A stretch of DNA of 64,000 nt from Dehalococcoidia bacterium. Its GTDB lineage: Bacteria > Chloroflexota > Dehalococcoidia > Bin125. The stretch lies in contig JAJDYG010000019.1 in NCBI GenBank assembly GCA_022822855.1, forward strand, positions 36,475 through 100,474. Direction: 5' to 3'. Within the stretch, counting starts at the first letter, position 1. The number at the start of each line of letters is the position of its first letter. The translations under genes were made by a program, and so were the position numbers. The notes beneath the pieces were generated by a model. It was not told where the DNA came from. It worked only from the letters and a program-made list of their open reading frames with translations, and searched no databases. Of the stretch, positions 1-9,550 are shown piece after piece.

Positions 1-3
1 AAC

Positions 4-1032
4 ATGCGGGTGCTGCTGGAAGAACTGTCGCGCGACCCGCTGATGATTTTCTGGCTGGACAACAGCGAGTCGGTCGTGGGCGCTCCGAACGAGAACTATG
101 GACGCGAGCTGCTTGAGCTCTTCTCGATGGGCGTGGGCAACTACACCGAGGACGACATCAAGGCGGCGGCGTACAGCTTCACCGGCTGGACCTTCCAGCA
201 GCCGATTCCGCTGTACCCGCACGGCGGCTACCCGGCTCGCTTCGTCTACCGCGACGACCTGCATGACCACTCGGAGAAGGAGTTCCTTGGCCACAAGGGC
301 GACTTCAACGGCGAGGACATCATTGACATCATCGTCCAGCAGCCGGCGACCGGCCGCTTTATCGGGCGGCACCTGTACAACTTCTTCGTCAAGGACGAGC
401 CGGGCGTTTCGGCCTGGTCGGTGACGGAACCGGGCAACCCGGAGGCCGTTGCCGAGTTGGCCTCCGCCTTCGCCGAGTCGAATGGCGACCTACGCTCCGT
501 GATGCGCGTGCTGTTCAACGCGGAATGGTTCAAAGAGGCGCGCTACGAGCGGGTCAAGTGCCCGGCCGAGTGGGTTGCCGGCGCGTACAAGCTGTCCGGC
601 AAGCTCGGCCTCCCGCAGCCCGAGATGTGGAACCTGCACATGACGATGGGCGCGATGGGTCAGAGCCTGATGGACCCGCCCTCGGTCGAGGGCTGGCACA
701 CCGGCAAGGAATGGATCGACGGCGGCACGCTGATGGAGCGGATCAACTTCGCCTCCAAGCTGGTCTCCGACCCGTCCACCCCGGGCGTGCAGGAGCTGGT
801 CAGCCGACTGCAGCAGGTTGGCGCGAGCAGCGCCGAGGAGCTGGTCGACGTGACGCTCGACTTCGCCGGCCCGCTGGAGGTCTCGGACACAACCCGCGAG
901 GCGCTGCTTGATGCGGCCTCAGAAGGCGGCGAGCTTTCCTTCGATGGCGACGAGGCGGTCGAGGCGGCCGGTCAGCGCGCGGCGCAGACGCTGCGCCTGG
1001 TGATTGCTTCGCCCGAGTACCAGTTCGCCTAG
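4..1032 (+). CDS. DUF1800 domain-containing protein (5' end lies outside window)
   Basis: ORF runs from the window edge. Motifs NENYGRELLELFSMGVGNYTEDD and FTGWT are typical of DUF1800, and its usual partner DUF1501 gene follows immediately. Confidence 0.6.
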   Translation: MRVLLEELSRDPLMIFWLDNSESVVGAPNENYGRELLELFSMGVGNYTEDDIKAAAYSFTGWTFQQPIPLYPHGGYPARFVYRDDLHDHSEKEFLGHKGDFNGEDIIDIIVQQPATGRFIGRHLYNFFVKDEPGVSAWSVTEPGNPEAVAELASAFAESNGDLRSVMRVLFNAEWFKEARYERVKCPAEWVAGAYKLSGKLGLPQPEMWNLHMTMGAMGQSLMDPPSVEGWHTGKEWIDGGTLMERINFASKLVSDPSTPGVQELVSRLQQVGASSAEELVDVTLDFAGPLEVSDTTREALLDAASEGGELSFDGDEAVEAAGQRAAQTLRLVIASPEYQFA

Positions 1033-1040
1033 GCGGGCCC

Positions 1041-1072
1041 TCACCCTAGCCCTCTCCCAGAGGGAGAGGGGA
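1041..1072. repeat. Perfect hairpin element ccctctccc-aga-gggagaggg just after the DUF1800 stop, REP/terminator-like (family A)
   Basis: 9-bp stem at 1050-1058 and 1062-1070. A near-identical element follows the next gene at 2274-2311. Confidence 0.6.
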
Positions 1073-1102
1073 CCAAAGCAAGCAACGGAACGGAACACCT
1101 CA

Positions 1103-2266
1103 ATGAGCGGCAACGGACACAGCGAGAAGAAGGATCCCGTCCTGGTCATTGTCCAGCTTTCGGGCGGCAACGACTTCATGAACACCCTGGTCCCGTACAA
1201 CGAGGGCCACTACTACGACGCGCGGCCGTTGGTCGGCGTGCCTCAGGACGAGGTGATGCCGATCAACGACGAGTTGGGCTTCAACCCGGCCGCCGAGCGG
1301 ATGAAGAAGATGTACGACAACGGCGATGTGGCCGTGATCCAGGGCGTCGGCTATCCGAACTCGTCACGCTCGCACTTCCGCGGCATGGACATCATGCACA
1401 CCTGCGAGCCGGACCGGATCTCAACCGAGGGCTGGGTCGCGAAGCTGATCCAGCGGCTCGACCCGGACTCGGAGAATCCGCTGACCGGGATCAACATCGG
1501 CCGCGGTCTGCCGCGCGCGATGGTCTCGGCGGGCGTGACGGCGACGTCGGTGGGCGACCTCGACAACTACGGCCTGATGCCCGACATCCAGGCCGAGGAA
1601 GACCGCAACCGCGATCTTGAGATCTTCAAGCGGATGTACACGCCGGCGATCGGCGCGGGCATGGTGATGGACTACCTGCGCCAGACCGGGATCGACTCGC
1701 TGGCCGGGGCCGACATGCTGGCACCGGTTCCGGGGATGTACGAATCGTCGGTCGAGTACGGCTCGAACCCGATCGCCAAGGCGCTGCGCGACGTCGCGCG
1801 GATCCACACCGCCGGGCTGGGCGCTCGCGTCTTCTACACGAACCACATCGGCTACGACACGCATTCGCACCAGCCGCCGGTTCACCCCGGTCTGCTGCGC
1901 GACATGACGGGCGCGCTGGACGACTTCCTGACCGACCTGCGCGAGCACGATGCGGCCGAGGAAGTCTCGATCTTGGTGTTCACCGAGTTCGGCCGGCGGA
2001 TGAAGGACAACGGCTCGGGCACCGACCACGGTTCCGGCGGCGGCGCGTTCATCATCGGTGAGAACGTCAAAGGCGGCTTGTATGCGGAGTACCCGTCGGT
2101 CGACCCGAAGGACTGGCTGAACGGCGAGGACCTGCAGCACACGATCGACTTCCGCGGGATCTACGGCACGATGCTCGAGCAATGGATGGGCGTCGAGCCG
2201 GAGGAGATCGTGGTCGGCGACTTCGAGCAGGTCCAGCCGTTCGAACGGACGATGCTGCCGAACTGA
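1103..2266 (+). CDS. DUF1501 domain-containing protein (sulfatase-like fold)
   Basis: MSGNGHSEKKDPVLVIVQLSGGNDFMNTLVPY ... GVGYPNSSRSHF motifs are characteristic of DUF1501. ATG at 1103 inside a longer ORF, after the upstream hairpin. Confidence 0.65.
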   Translation: MSGNGHSEKKDPVLVIVQLSGGNDFMNTLVPYNEGHYYDARPLVGVPQDEVMPINDELGFNPAAERMKKMYDNGDVAVIQGVGYPNSSRSHFRGMDIMHTCEPDRISTEGWVAKLIQRLDPDSENPLTGINIGRGLPRAMVSAGVTATSVGDLDNYGLMPDIQAEEDRNRDLEIFKRMYTPAIGAGMVMDYLRQTGIDSLAGADMLAPVPGMYESSVEYGSNPIAKALRDVARIHTAGLGARVFYTNHIGYDTHSHQPPVHPGLLRDMTGALDDFLTDLREHDAAEEVSILVFTEFGRRMKDNGSGTDHGSGGGAFIIGENVKGGLYAEYPSVDPKDWLNGEDLQHTIDFRGIYGTMLEQWMGVEPEEIVVGDFEQVQPFERTMLPN

Positions 2267-2273
2267 GGGGGAT

Positions 2274-2311
2274 CCTCACCCTAACCCTCTCCCAGAGCGA
2301 GAGGGGATCGG
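2274..2311. repeat. Family A hairpin repeat copy downstream of DUF1501 gene
   Basis: cctcaccctaaccctctcccagagcgagaggg matches the 1041-1072 element. Confidence 0.55.
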
Positions 2312-2336
2312 AGTGGCGAGAACCGTCGGCAGCGGA

Positions 2337-2377
2337 CCCCCTCAGTCGCTGCGCGACAGCTCCCCCAGAGGGGGAGC
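2337..2377. repeat. Family B structured repeat (CCCCCTC-GTCGC..GCGAC-CTCCCCC-aga-GGGGGAG)
   Basis: Nested inverted repeats that share a consensus with the copies at 12954, 14688, 34673, 36457, 37433 and 48289. Confidence 0.55.
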
Positions 2378-2404
2378 AAATTGAGAACCTGCAGGAGGAC
2401 TCAG

Positions 2405-3427
2405 ATGGCTTTTCCACACGCGATGTTGCGTTGCGGATACCCGTATGAGCGCGTGCTTGGCATGCGCCGCGTGACGACGTTCCCGGTTGACGTGGCGATT
2501 GGCGACGACCGGATCTACGTGATTGGTCGGACCGAACTCGGCGTCGGCGGGAACATCCGGATGGTTTCGCTGAAGGACGACGACGAGCTGGGCGACGACC
2601 TGACGCACGGCGACATGGGCACGATGGCCGACACCGGGCACCTGTGGCCGGTTGGGATTCTGCGCACCGACGAGGGCAACCTGCACGTCCTTGACGAGGG
2701 CAATCACAACATCACGACGTATTCGCCGGAGGGCGAGAAGCTCAATCAGTGGGGCGAGCACGGCTCGGAGCCGGGCCAGCTCGACCGGCCGTCCGGCTTT
2801 GCGTTTGACGCCGACGGCAATGTATGGGTGGTCGACACGCTGAACAACCGAATCCAGCAGTTCTCGTCGGAGGGTGAGTACGTCGGCGGATTCGGCGAGG
2901 CCGGTGACGGCCCCGGACAGTTCAACATGCCCTGGGGGATCACCTTTGACTCCGAGGGCGATGTCTACATCTCCGACTGGCGCAACGACCGCGTCCAGAA
3001 GCTGACTGCGTCGGGCGAACACATCATGGACTTCGGCACGCGGCCGGGTTACGAAGTGGTCCGACCGTGCGGGATCGCGGTCGACGAGCACGGCGACCTG
3101 TACGTTGCCGAGCGCAACAAGCATCACGTGGTGATGTACGACCATCGCGGTCGCTACGTCGAGTCGTTCCAGGGCGCGGCGACGCTGGGTCGGATGGGTC
3201 GCGAGTACATTCGCGCGAACCAGAAGACGCTGCGTCTGCGCGAGATGACCTCTCTCGAAGAGCAGAAGCTGCTGCGCTTCCCCCAGGGCGTTCGCTACCA
3301 CGAGGGACGGCTCTACATCTGCGACTTCGGCAGCCACCGCGTCCAGATCTACAAGAAGGACGCTGAAGCGCTGACCGAGCAGCAGATCATGGCCGAGTTG
3401 CGGGCTCCGACGCTGTCGACGACTTAG
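2405..3427 (+). CDS. NHL repeat-containing protein (six-bladed beta-propeller)
   Basis: Repeated motifs such as NNRIQQFSSEGEYVGGFG, GQFNMPWGITFDSEGDVYISD and NDRVQKL. ATG at 2405 is preceded by GGAGGA. Confidence 0.6.
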   Translation: MAFPHAMLRCGYPYERVLGMRRVTTFPVDVAIGDDRIYVIGRTELGVGGNIRMVSLKDDDELGDDLTHGDMGTMADTGHLWPVGILRTDEGNLHVLDEGNHNITTYSPEGEKLNQWGEHGSEPGQLDRPSGFAFDADGNVWVVDTLNNRIQQFSSEGEYVGGFGEAGDGPGQFNMPWGITFDSEGDVYISDWRNDRVQKLTASGEHIMDFGTRPGYEVVRPCGIAVDEHGDLYVAERNKHHVVMYDHRGRYVESFQGAATLGRMGREYIRANQKTLRLREMTSLEEQKLLRFPQGVRYHEGRLYICDFGSHRVQIYKKDAEALTEQQIMAELRAPTLSTT

Positions 3428-3436
3428 CCGCCGACT

Positions 3437-3489
3437 TCCCTCTCCCTCCGCCGCGCGGGGGGAGATGTCACGGAGTGACAGAGGGGGGT
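3437..3489. repeat. Family B structured repeat, inverted orientation
   Basis: ggggggagatgtcacggagtgacagagggggg is the reverse complement of the family B core. Confidence 0.5.
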
Positions 3490-3495
3490 CCTCAG

Positions 3496-3834
3496 ATGCC
3501 GATGGTGTTCGGCTTCGCGACACACCGCCGCCAACAGCTCGAGGCGGAGTTCCTGCGTATGGCCGGCTCGATGCTCCAACTGGGAGCGGAACGATTCTGG
3601 CTGGCTGGCGACCTTGCCCGTGACGACGTCGGACCCGACTCCGAGCTGGAGTTGCTCATTGTTCACGAGACCGAGCGGCCGTTTCATCGCCGCTCAGATT
3701 TCTTCCAGACCCACCTGCGGCCGCAGGTCGGCACGACGTTCACTGTCTATACGCCTGAGGAGTTTGCCGAGCACTGCGAAACCGATCGGCTGATCATTGA
3801 GGCGACGAGTCTCAGCGATGAGGTGATCGTGTGA
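3496..3834 (+). CDS. Nucleotidyltransferase-domain protein (MntA-like antitoxin of HEPN/MNT pair)
   Basis: Motif AGDLARDDVGPDSELELLIV resembles GSxxRGxxxxxSDxD of minimal nucleotidyltransferases. It overlaps the downstream HEPN gene by 4 nt (GTGA). Confidence 0.55.
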   Translation: MPMVFGFATHRRQQLEAEFLRMAGSMLQLGAERFWLAGDLARDDVGPDSELELLIVHETERPFHRRSDFFQTHLRPQVGTTFTVYTPEEFAEHCETDRLIIEATSLSDEVIV

Positions 3835-4241
3835 GTGCTGCGCCCGAGGCGGCACGCTGGCTGGCGCAGGCCGGTCATGATCTCGAGGCGGCCGAACACG
3901 CGATTGACGGTGACTTCCATGCGTTGGCCTGTTTCCTCTGCCACCAGGCGGGAGAGAAATCGGTGGCGGGGTTTCTGTACGCGCACGGCGCCGATCATGT
4001 CTGGGGACACGCTCTCGCCGACCTGTGCGAGGATGCGATGCAACTGGACAACTCGTTTGATGTGATCAAGTCGGTCGCGATGCTGCTGGACAAGTATCAT
4101 CACCCGACCCGCTATCCGACGGGTCTGCCGGGCGGCGTTCCGCACGATGTCTACGATGGCGACGATTCCGGCCGCGCGCTTGAGATCGCGCGCGACGTGC
4201 ATCAGTTCGTGTCGACCAAGCTCCAGTCTCTCGACCAGTGA
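3831..4241 (+). CDS. HEPN domain protein (HepT-like toxin)
   Basis: QAGEKSVAGFLYAHG ... LLDKYHHPTRYP matches the HEPN consensus (AxEKxLKA ... Y..tRYP). GTG start overlaps the MNT stop. Confidence 0.55.
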   Translation: MSAAPEAARWLAQAGHDLEAAEHAIDGDFHALACFLCHQAGEKSVAGFLYAHGADHVWGHALADLCEDAMQLDNSFDVIKSVAMLLDKYHHPTRYPTGLPGGVPHDVYDGDDSGRALEIARDVHQFVSTKLQSLDQ

Positions 4242-4531
4242 TCCAGTTCCGACACGTCCGACTGAACGAGTACCACTGCGCCATGCTGGCAGACCTGATG
4301 GAGCTGCAGGACGCGCCGGCTCCAAAGACAGTGATCGTCGAGGACGCGGTGGCCGAGAACGGCCTGGTCTTTCGGCCTCAGTTGCGCCACACGGGTTACC
4401 ATCCCGGAGTGTTGGCCAAACTCGCCGAGCACGGTCTCGTGGATCTGACGCATGTCGGAGAATCGGCGTACCGGGTGTACGTCACGCCGGTCGGCCGGGA
4501 CTGTTATGACGATATGTGCGGCCTGACCTGA
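4238..4531 (+). CDS. Hypothetical protein, translationally coupled to HEPN gene
   Basis: 97-aa ORF with protein-like composition (MIQFRHVRLNEYHCAMLADLMEL...). GTG start overlaps the HEPN stop (GTGA). No recognisable domain. Confidence 0.35.
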   Translation: MIQFRHVRLNEYHCAMLADLMELQDAPAPKTVIVEDAVAENGLVFRPQLRHTGYHPGVLAKLAEHGLVDLTHVGESAYRVYVTPVGRDCYDDMCGLT

Positions 4532-4536
4532 GCACG

Positions 4537-5481
4537 ATGCCAGCGAGATCCGAGCAGCCGGAACTGCCGCGGCCACTGTCACCGCAACGCCTCGGGGCGA
4601 TTCGCAAGCGGCTGTTGCAGTGGTACGCCGAGCATGAGCAACCCTTTCCGTGGCGCCACGCCAGGGATCCGTATGCCGCGCTGGTGGCGGCGGTCTGCGC
4701 GCAGCAGACCCAGATGTCTCGGGTACTGGAGATCTACGATCGCTGGATGGAGGCGTTTCCGACAATTCAAGCGTTGGCTGAGGCCAGCGATGCGGATGCG
4801 ATCCGAACCTGGGGCCGGGCCGGATATCCGCGACGAGCGATGTACCTGCATCGGACGGCGCGAATCGTCTGCGCAGAGTATGACGGTCGGCTACCGAACG
4901 ATCGGGCCATGCTGGAAGCGCTACCAGGTATCGGGCCGTTCACTGCAGCAATTGTCTTGTGTTTTGGTTATGGAATCGACGCCGCAGCGATAGATACGAA
5001 CATTACCCGTGTGCTGGGAAGGGTACTGTTCGGCGATCTACAACCGACGATTGACACACCGCCGGCGTACATACGATGGGCTTCGGAGCGGTTGCTACCA
5101 GCGAAAGAGGCAGGGCGCTGGAATCCGGCGTTGATGGACTTCGGCGCGGCGATCTGCAGCCCGCAGCCCAAATGCCACTCCTGTCCGCTGACCGGGCTTT
5201 GCGTCGCGCATGAGCAGTTCAAGGCCGGCGCTCGAGCGAAGGCTGTACGCGCGCAGCCTTCGTTCAGCGGATCGCAACGTGAGATCCGCGGCTTGATTAT
5301 GTCCGCATTGCGCTCTGCCGACGGCGCGATCAGTCGCGAACAGGTGATCGCGGACGTAGCGAAGCGTGCAGGAGCCCGAAGGTCGCGGGTGATGCTGGCG
5401 GAACGGTCACTGATAGATGACGGTTTGATTCGACAGTCAGGTCATAGACTCAGTTTAGGAACCGATAGATCGTTGACTTGA
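4537..5481 (+). CDS. A/G-specific adenine glycosylase-like HhH-GPD protein (MutY/Nth family)
   Basis: HhH-GPD region LPGIGPFTAAIVLCFGYGIDAAAIDTNITRVLGRV with catalytic Asp, and an FCL iron-sulfur loop CSPQPKCHSCPLTGLC. Confidence 0.6.
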   Translation: MPARSEQPELPRPLSPQRLGAIRKRLLQWYAEHEQPFPWRHARDPYAALVAAVCAQQTQMSRVLEIYDRWMEAFPTIQALAEASDADAIRTWGRAGYPRRAMYLHRTARIVCAEYDGRLPNDRAMLEALPGIGPFTAAIVLCFGYGIDAAAIDTNITRVLGRVLFGDLQPTIDTPPAYIRWASERLLPAKEAGRWNPALMDFGAAICSPQPKCHSCPLTGLCVAHEQFKAGARAKAVRAQPSFSGSQREIRGLIMSALRSADGAISREQVIADVAKRAGARRSRVMLAERSLIDDGLIRQSGHRLSLGTDRSLT

Positions 5482-5587
5482 GCTTTGGAAGGCTGCTTAT
5501 ACTAACGATGCACAGCGGTGGATTGAGGCCCGGAGCAACGTGGCGTTCCGGTGGAACTCTCAAACATCACCGAAGGGAATCACAACG

Positions 5588-6109
5588 ATGGCGGATTCAT
5601 TCGAGAACCAACTGCGTTCTGAACTCAGTGGCATTCAGTCTGAGATCGAGCGTCTTGAGCGCAAGCGCCAACTGATCCAGGAACTGTTGAGCAATGAGTC
5701 CGGCTCAGCCGCGCCTGCGGCAGAAGCCAAGCCCACCCGTCGGCGCGCAGCGCGACGGGGAGGAGCGTCGGTGAAACGCACGCGACGACCGCGCGGGTTG
5801 ATCACGGGCAAGGTGCGCGAGTTCCTTGGTCAGCAGCGGGAGCCGGTGCACGCGACGGAAATCCTGGCATTCCTCGAGAGGAACGATGCCGCTCCGCAGT
5901 CGGCCAAGCCCATGCCGACGCTGCAGTCCACATTGCAGCGAATGAAGGAGATGGGCGAGATTCAGAACACGGGCCGCAACCGATGGACGTTGTCTGCCGC
6001 ATCGGGCAGCGGTGGTCCGAGCGAGGCCGCTCCGGCGGTGCGCAGTGACGGTCCGCCTGTGGTCACATCGACCACTACGTTCGGCAGCCGTCCCCTGGGC
6101 AGCCAGTAG
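5588..6109 (+). CDS. Hypothetical protein: N-terminal coiled coil, basic linker, C-terminal winged-helix-like region
   Basis: ATG at 5588 inside a longer ORF. ELSGIQSEIERLERKRQLIQELL, then an RRRAARRG..KRTRRPRG stretch, then HATEILAFLERN...LQRMKEMGEI. Confidence 0.35.
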   Translation: MADSFENQLRSELSGIQSEIERLERKRQLIQELLSNESGSAAPAAEAKPTRRRAARRGGASVKRTRRPRGLITGKVREFLGQQREPVHATEILAFLERNDAAPQSAKPMPTLQSTLQRMKEMGEIQNTGRNRWTLSAASGSGGPSEAAPAVRSDGPPVVTSTTTFGSRPLGSQ

Positions 6110-6206
6110 CTCAGCCTGAGCCGGTAACATGCGGTTGCGGCCGCGCAACGTGAAGTGGCGGCCGTTGGACCATTGACGCACCAACACTGACAGGGAGCAT
6201 CTCAAC

Positions 6207-6527
6207 ATGCTGTTTGAACTTCGCCAGTACACGATCAACGAGGGACGCCGCGAGGAATTCGTCAAGCTGATGGAGGAACAGATCATCCCGTTCCAGACCG
6301 CTCAGGGGATGACCATTCTTGGCTCGTTCGTCTCCGAGGAAGACGAGAACACCTACGTCTGGATTCGGCGCTTCCACTCTGAGGCAGAACGTGAGCAGCT
6401 CTACGAGTCGGTGTATGCCTCGGACTACTGGAAGAACGAAATCGCCCCGCAGGTTGGCGAAATGATGAGCCGGGACAGCATCTCGGTGAAGCGGCTTGAA
6501 GCGACCCCGCGCTCGCCAATCCAGTAG
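6207..6527 (+). CDS. NIPSNAP family protein
   Basis: MLFELRQYTINEGRREEFVKLMEEQIIPFQ...YVWIRRFHSEAEREQLYESVY is typical of NIPSNAP. Confidence 0.6.
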   Translation: MLFELRQYTINEGRREEFVKLMEEQIIPFQTAQGMTILGSFVSEEDENTYVWIRRFHSEAEREQLYESVYASDYWKNEIAPQVGEMMSRDSISVKRLEATPRSPIQ

Positions 6528-6569
6528 TTGACTCAATCGCAGGCAGCGACGGAAGCTGACCGACCGGAC

Positions 6570-7400
6570 ATGTCGCTGGACATGCCCCGGGACATGCCTG
6601 GCGGTGCGCTGTTCACGCGCGACGGCGACTGCTTCATCCCGACGGATCGGGCGAGGGGCCCGTGGTCGCCCGACTCTTTGCACGGTAGCCCGGTCGCCGC
6701 GCTGGTGGCGTTCTGCATCGAGCAGAAGCTCCAGGAGACTTCGGCTCGAACGAGCGGCGGAACGGGGGAGTTGCGGATCGCTCGCCAAACGATCGACCTG
6801 TTTCGGCCGGTGCCGTACGGTCGCCTCGCAGTTGAAGTCGAGCCGATCCGTCAGGGCCGGCGGATCGCCGTGTTCCAGAGCCGGCTACGTTGCGAGGGCA
6901 AGTTGCTCACCCAGGCAACGACGCTGTGCCTGCTCGCCGACGAACAGTTCGGCTCGGTGGGCGCCGATCACACGGCTGAGCCTCCTCCCCCACCCTCTGA
7001 AGGGATCGCGAACAAGATTGACCGGGTTGGCAATCGATGGGTGTCATATCCGGGCACGTTGGAAATGTGTCACATTGTGCCACCGGGATCGGAGCGCGCC
7101 CCAGTCGTCTGGATACGGAACGATGCGCCGGTGCTGGAAGAGACGCCGCTCTCTCCTGCCGTGCGGGCGGCGGGGATCGCCGACTTCGTCTCTCCGTTCG
7201 CCAACATGCAGCCCGGCCGGAGCGGATATGTGAACGCCGACATCACGATGCACCTGCATCGACCTCCAGTCGGGGAATGGCATTACCTCAGGGTGGTCTC
7301 GCGCGGCGCTGCCGACGGCGTTGCGACAGCCCAGGCCGTGCTCGGCGACGAGTCCGGGGCTTACGGCGCGAGCTCGGCCGCCAGCCTGATCAATCTCTGA
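6570..7400 (+). CDS. Thioesterase-family protein (TesB-like double hotdog)
   Basis: GPWSPDSLHGSPVAALVAFCIE and RIAVFQSRLRCEGKLLTQATTLCLL resemble thioesterase-like superfamily proteins. The ORF could start earlier at TTG 6528. Confidence 0.4.
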   Translation: MSLDMPRDMPGGALFTRDGDCFIPTDRARGPWSPDSLHGSPVAALVAFCIEQKLQETSARTSGGTGELRIARQTIDLFRPVPYGRLAVEVEPIRQGRRIAVFQSRLRCEGKLLTQATTLCLLADEQFGSVGADHTAEPPPPPSEGIANKIDRVGNRWVSYPGTLEMCHIVPPGSERAPVVWIRNDAPVLEETPLSPAVRAAGIADFVSPFANMQPGRSGYVNADITMHLHRPPVGEWHYLRVVSRGAADGVATAQAVLGDESGAYGASSAASLINL

Positions 7401-7460
7401 TTCATGCCAATCTCCCGTCGGGTCGTAGCGTCACCAGAGTCAGATCGTTAATCTTTAGCT

Positions 7461-9509
7461 ATGGCTGGCCGAATCGTTGGGATGATCTCCGTTCTCACGA
7501 TTGTGGGAGTGATCGCCGCTGCTGCGGTGCTGTTGATGCTGGCGCTGGACTCGGAAGAGGACTCCGGCCGCCATTCGGCCAAGGTGCTCGCCGAAGCGGT
7601 CGCAGGGTGGCTTGAGGCGAATCAGCTTGAGGACCTGACTGACGAGCAACTTGAGGCGCTGATTCGCGCCAACACACCGATTGACGATGCCTCGGGCGAC
7701 GAGGAGTCGCAGTTCGGCGACCTGTGGGTCTTCAACACTCAGGCGCGCCTGTCGGCTTCATCGGAAGGCACGCGCCCGATCACGCGTGACGAGATTCTGC
7801 CTGCGCGGCAAGTCATGGAGCCGGACGCGGAGACAGTAATCGAATCGCTCACCGCGGGCCGCTACGCCGGCACGGCGGCCATTCGAGATGTGGACGGCAC
7901 CGTGTTGGGCGCGGTCCGGATCGAGTTCACGACCAGCGAAATCGGCACCCACTTCGAGCTCTACCGCACCGAGTACCTGATTGGCGTCGTGGTCATCCTG
8001 GTGGCGTTGGTGCTGGGCAGTTGGTTCCTCGCCACGCGGCTGGCGCGACCGATTGGCACCATGGTGCGCGCCGCGAGGGCGGTGGAAGCCGGACGCCAGC
8101 CCGAGCCGGGCGTGGCGGCGTCGCTGCGCAACACATCGTTGACGAGAGACGAATACGGCGAACTGGCCGGCGTGTTCCTAGACATGGCGAGGGAGGTCGG
8201 AGCGAGAGAAATCCAGCTCAACGCGCTGGTCGAAGAGCGAACCGTCGAACTGTCGCAGAAGAACCTGGCGCTCGAAGACGCGCAGCGCGAAATCCGCAAC
8301 GACCTCGAGATGGCCCACTCGGTCCAGGCGGCCCTGGTACCCGCCGACCTGCCCGAGGACCCGCGAGCGGGCGTTGCCGCATTCATGACTCCGGCGCTGG
8401 ATGTCGGCGGCGACTTCTACGACGCCTTCCTGACCGACGACGGCCGCCTCGCGTTCGCGATCGCCGACGTCTCCGGCAAGGGCGTGGCCTCGGCGCTGAT
8501 GATGGCCGTCGGCCGTGCGGTCCTGCGCAGCGCTGCCAATCAGCATGCGGATCCGAGCGACGCAATCGCCTCGACCAACGATCAGCTTTGCGGCATGAAT
8601 CCGAAGGAACTGTTCATTACCGCGTTCTTCGGAGTCATCGACCTGGAACTGGGCACCCTGACCTACGTGAACGCGGGACACGATCCTCCCTATCTGATCC
8701 GCCCCAACGAGGGACCGGAGATGATTCCACATACGGGCGGGATCGCACTCGGTGTGTTGCCGGAGCTCAGCTACGCGGAGACCACGATTCCGCTCGATCC
8801 CGGCACTGCGCTCTATCTCTACACGGACGGGATCACCGAGGCCGAGAATGCCAGCGGGCAGCAGTTCGGCCGCGAACGGCTGGAACAGAAGCTGGCCGAG
8901 ATGAACGGCGCCGGACCGCAGGGATTGATGGACGACATCCTGTTCGACCTCCGTGAGTTCACCGGCGACGCCAAGCAGTTCGACGACATCACCTGCATGG
9001 CCGTGCAGTTCGTCGGCGGAGCGTCGCCGGAGCAGTACATCCCGGGCCGAGGCGACGCACATCTCGCGTCAGGTTGGCGGCGAATGGTCGTCCAGCCGAC
9101 CCTGGAGACGTCGCTGCCGAGAGTTGCGGCGTTCGTAGAGCGATTCGCCGAGTCGCAAGGCTTCTCCGCCATGGAGGTGTACCGGATCAACCTGGCCCTG
9201 GACGAGCTGCTGACGAACACTGTTGAGCACGGCTTCCCGGGGCGTGAACAGGAAGCGGATATCTCCGTCGCGATTCGCAGCGAGGGCGACAGCGTGATCG
9301 TGCGCTACGAAGACAACGGCCCTGAGTTCAATCCACTCGAGGCGACCGAGCAGGACACTGAGTTAGAGTTGGAAGAGCGACCGATCGGAGGATTGGGATT
9401 GCAGCTAATCGCTTCGACCTTCGACGACGTCAGCTACGAGCGGGCGAACGAACGCAATGTCACCACATTGCGACAGAGTCGTAAGACGCCGACTGAGGAG
9501 CCAGATTAG
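7461..9509 (+). CDS. Membrane-anchored PP2C (SpoIIE/RsbU-type) phosphatase with HAMP region, fused to a C-terminal RsbW-like HATPase_c anti-sigma kinase domain
   Basis: Two TM segments and a PP2C region (AFAIADVSGKGVASALMMA ... YLYTDGITEAENASGQQFG). C-terminal LALDELLTNTVEHGF ... GGLGLQLIASTFDDV is a GHKL ATPase motif set. Confidence 0.65.
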   Translation: MAGRIVGMISVLTIVGVIAAAAVLLMLALDSEEDSGRHSAKVLAEAVAGWLEANQLEDLTDEQLEALIRANTPIDDASGDEESQFGDLWVFNTQARLSASSEGTRPITRDEILPARQVMEPDAETVIESLTAGRYAGTAAIRDVDGTVLGAVRIEFTTSEIGTHFELYRTEYLIGVVVILVALVLGSWFLATRLARPIGTMVRAARAVEAGRQPEPGVAASLRNTSLTRDEYGELAGVFLDMAREVGAREIQLNALVEERTVELSQKNLALEDAQREIRNDLEMAHSVQAALVPADLPEDPRAGVAAFMTPALDVGGDFYDAFLTDDGRLAFAIADVSGKGVASALMMAVGRAVLRSAANQHADPSDAIASTNDQLCGMNPKELFITAFFGVIDLELGTLTYVNAGHDPPYLIRPNEGPEMIPHTGGIALGVLPELSYAETTIPLDPGTALYLYTDGITEAENASGQQFGRERLEQKLAEMNGAGPQGLMDDILFDLREFTGDAKQFDDITCMAVQFVGGASPEQYIPGRGDAHLASGWRRMVVQPTLETSLPRVAAFVERFAESQGFSAMEVYRINLALDELLTNTVEHGFPGREQEADISVAIRSEGDSVIVRYEDNGPEFNPLEATEQDTELELEERPIGGLGLQLIASTFDDVSYERANERNVTTLRQSRKTPTEEPD

Positions 9510-9550
9510 GCTATTCTGTCCACTGTCAGACGTGACTGAGGAGATGCGCA

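Noticed and set aside
6111-6788. 225-aa minus-strand ORF antisense to the NIPSNAP and thioesterase genes
   Set aside because: No motifs, and the opposite strand has two recognisable genes.
8021-9062. 311-aa plus-strand and 294-aa minus-strand ORFs overlapping the RsbU-like gene
   Set aside because: The translations are Arg/Gly-rich and low-complexity. The RsbU frame carries the PP2C and HATPase motifs.
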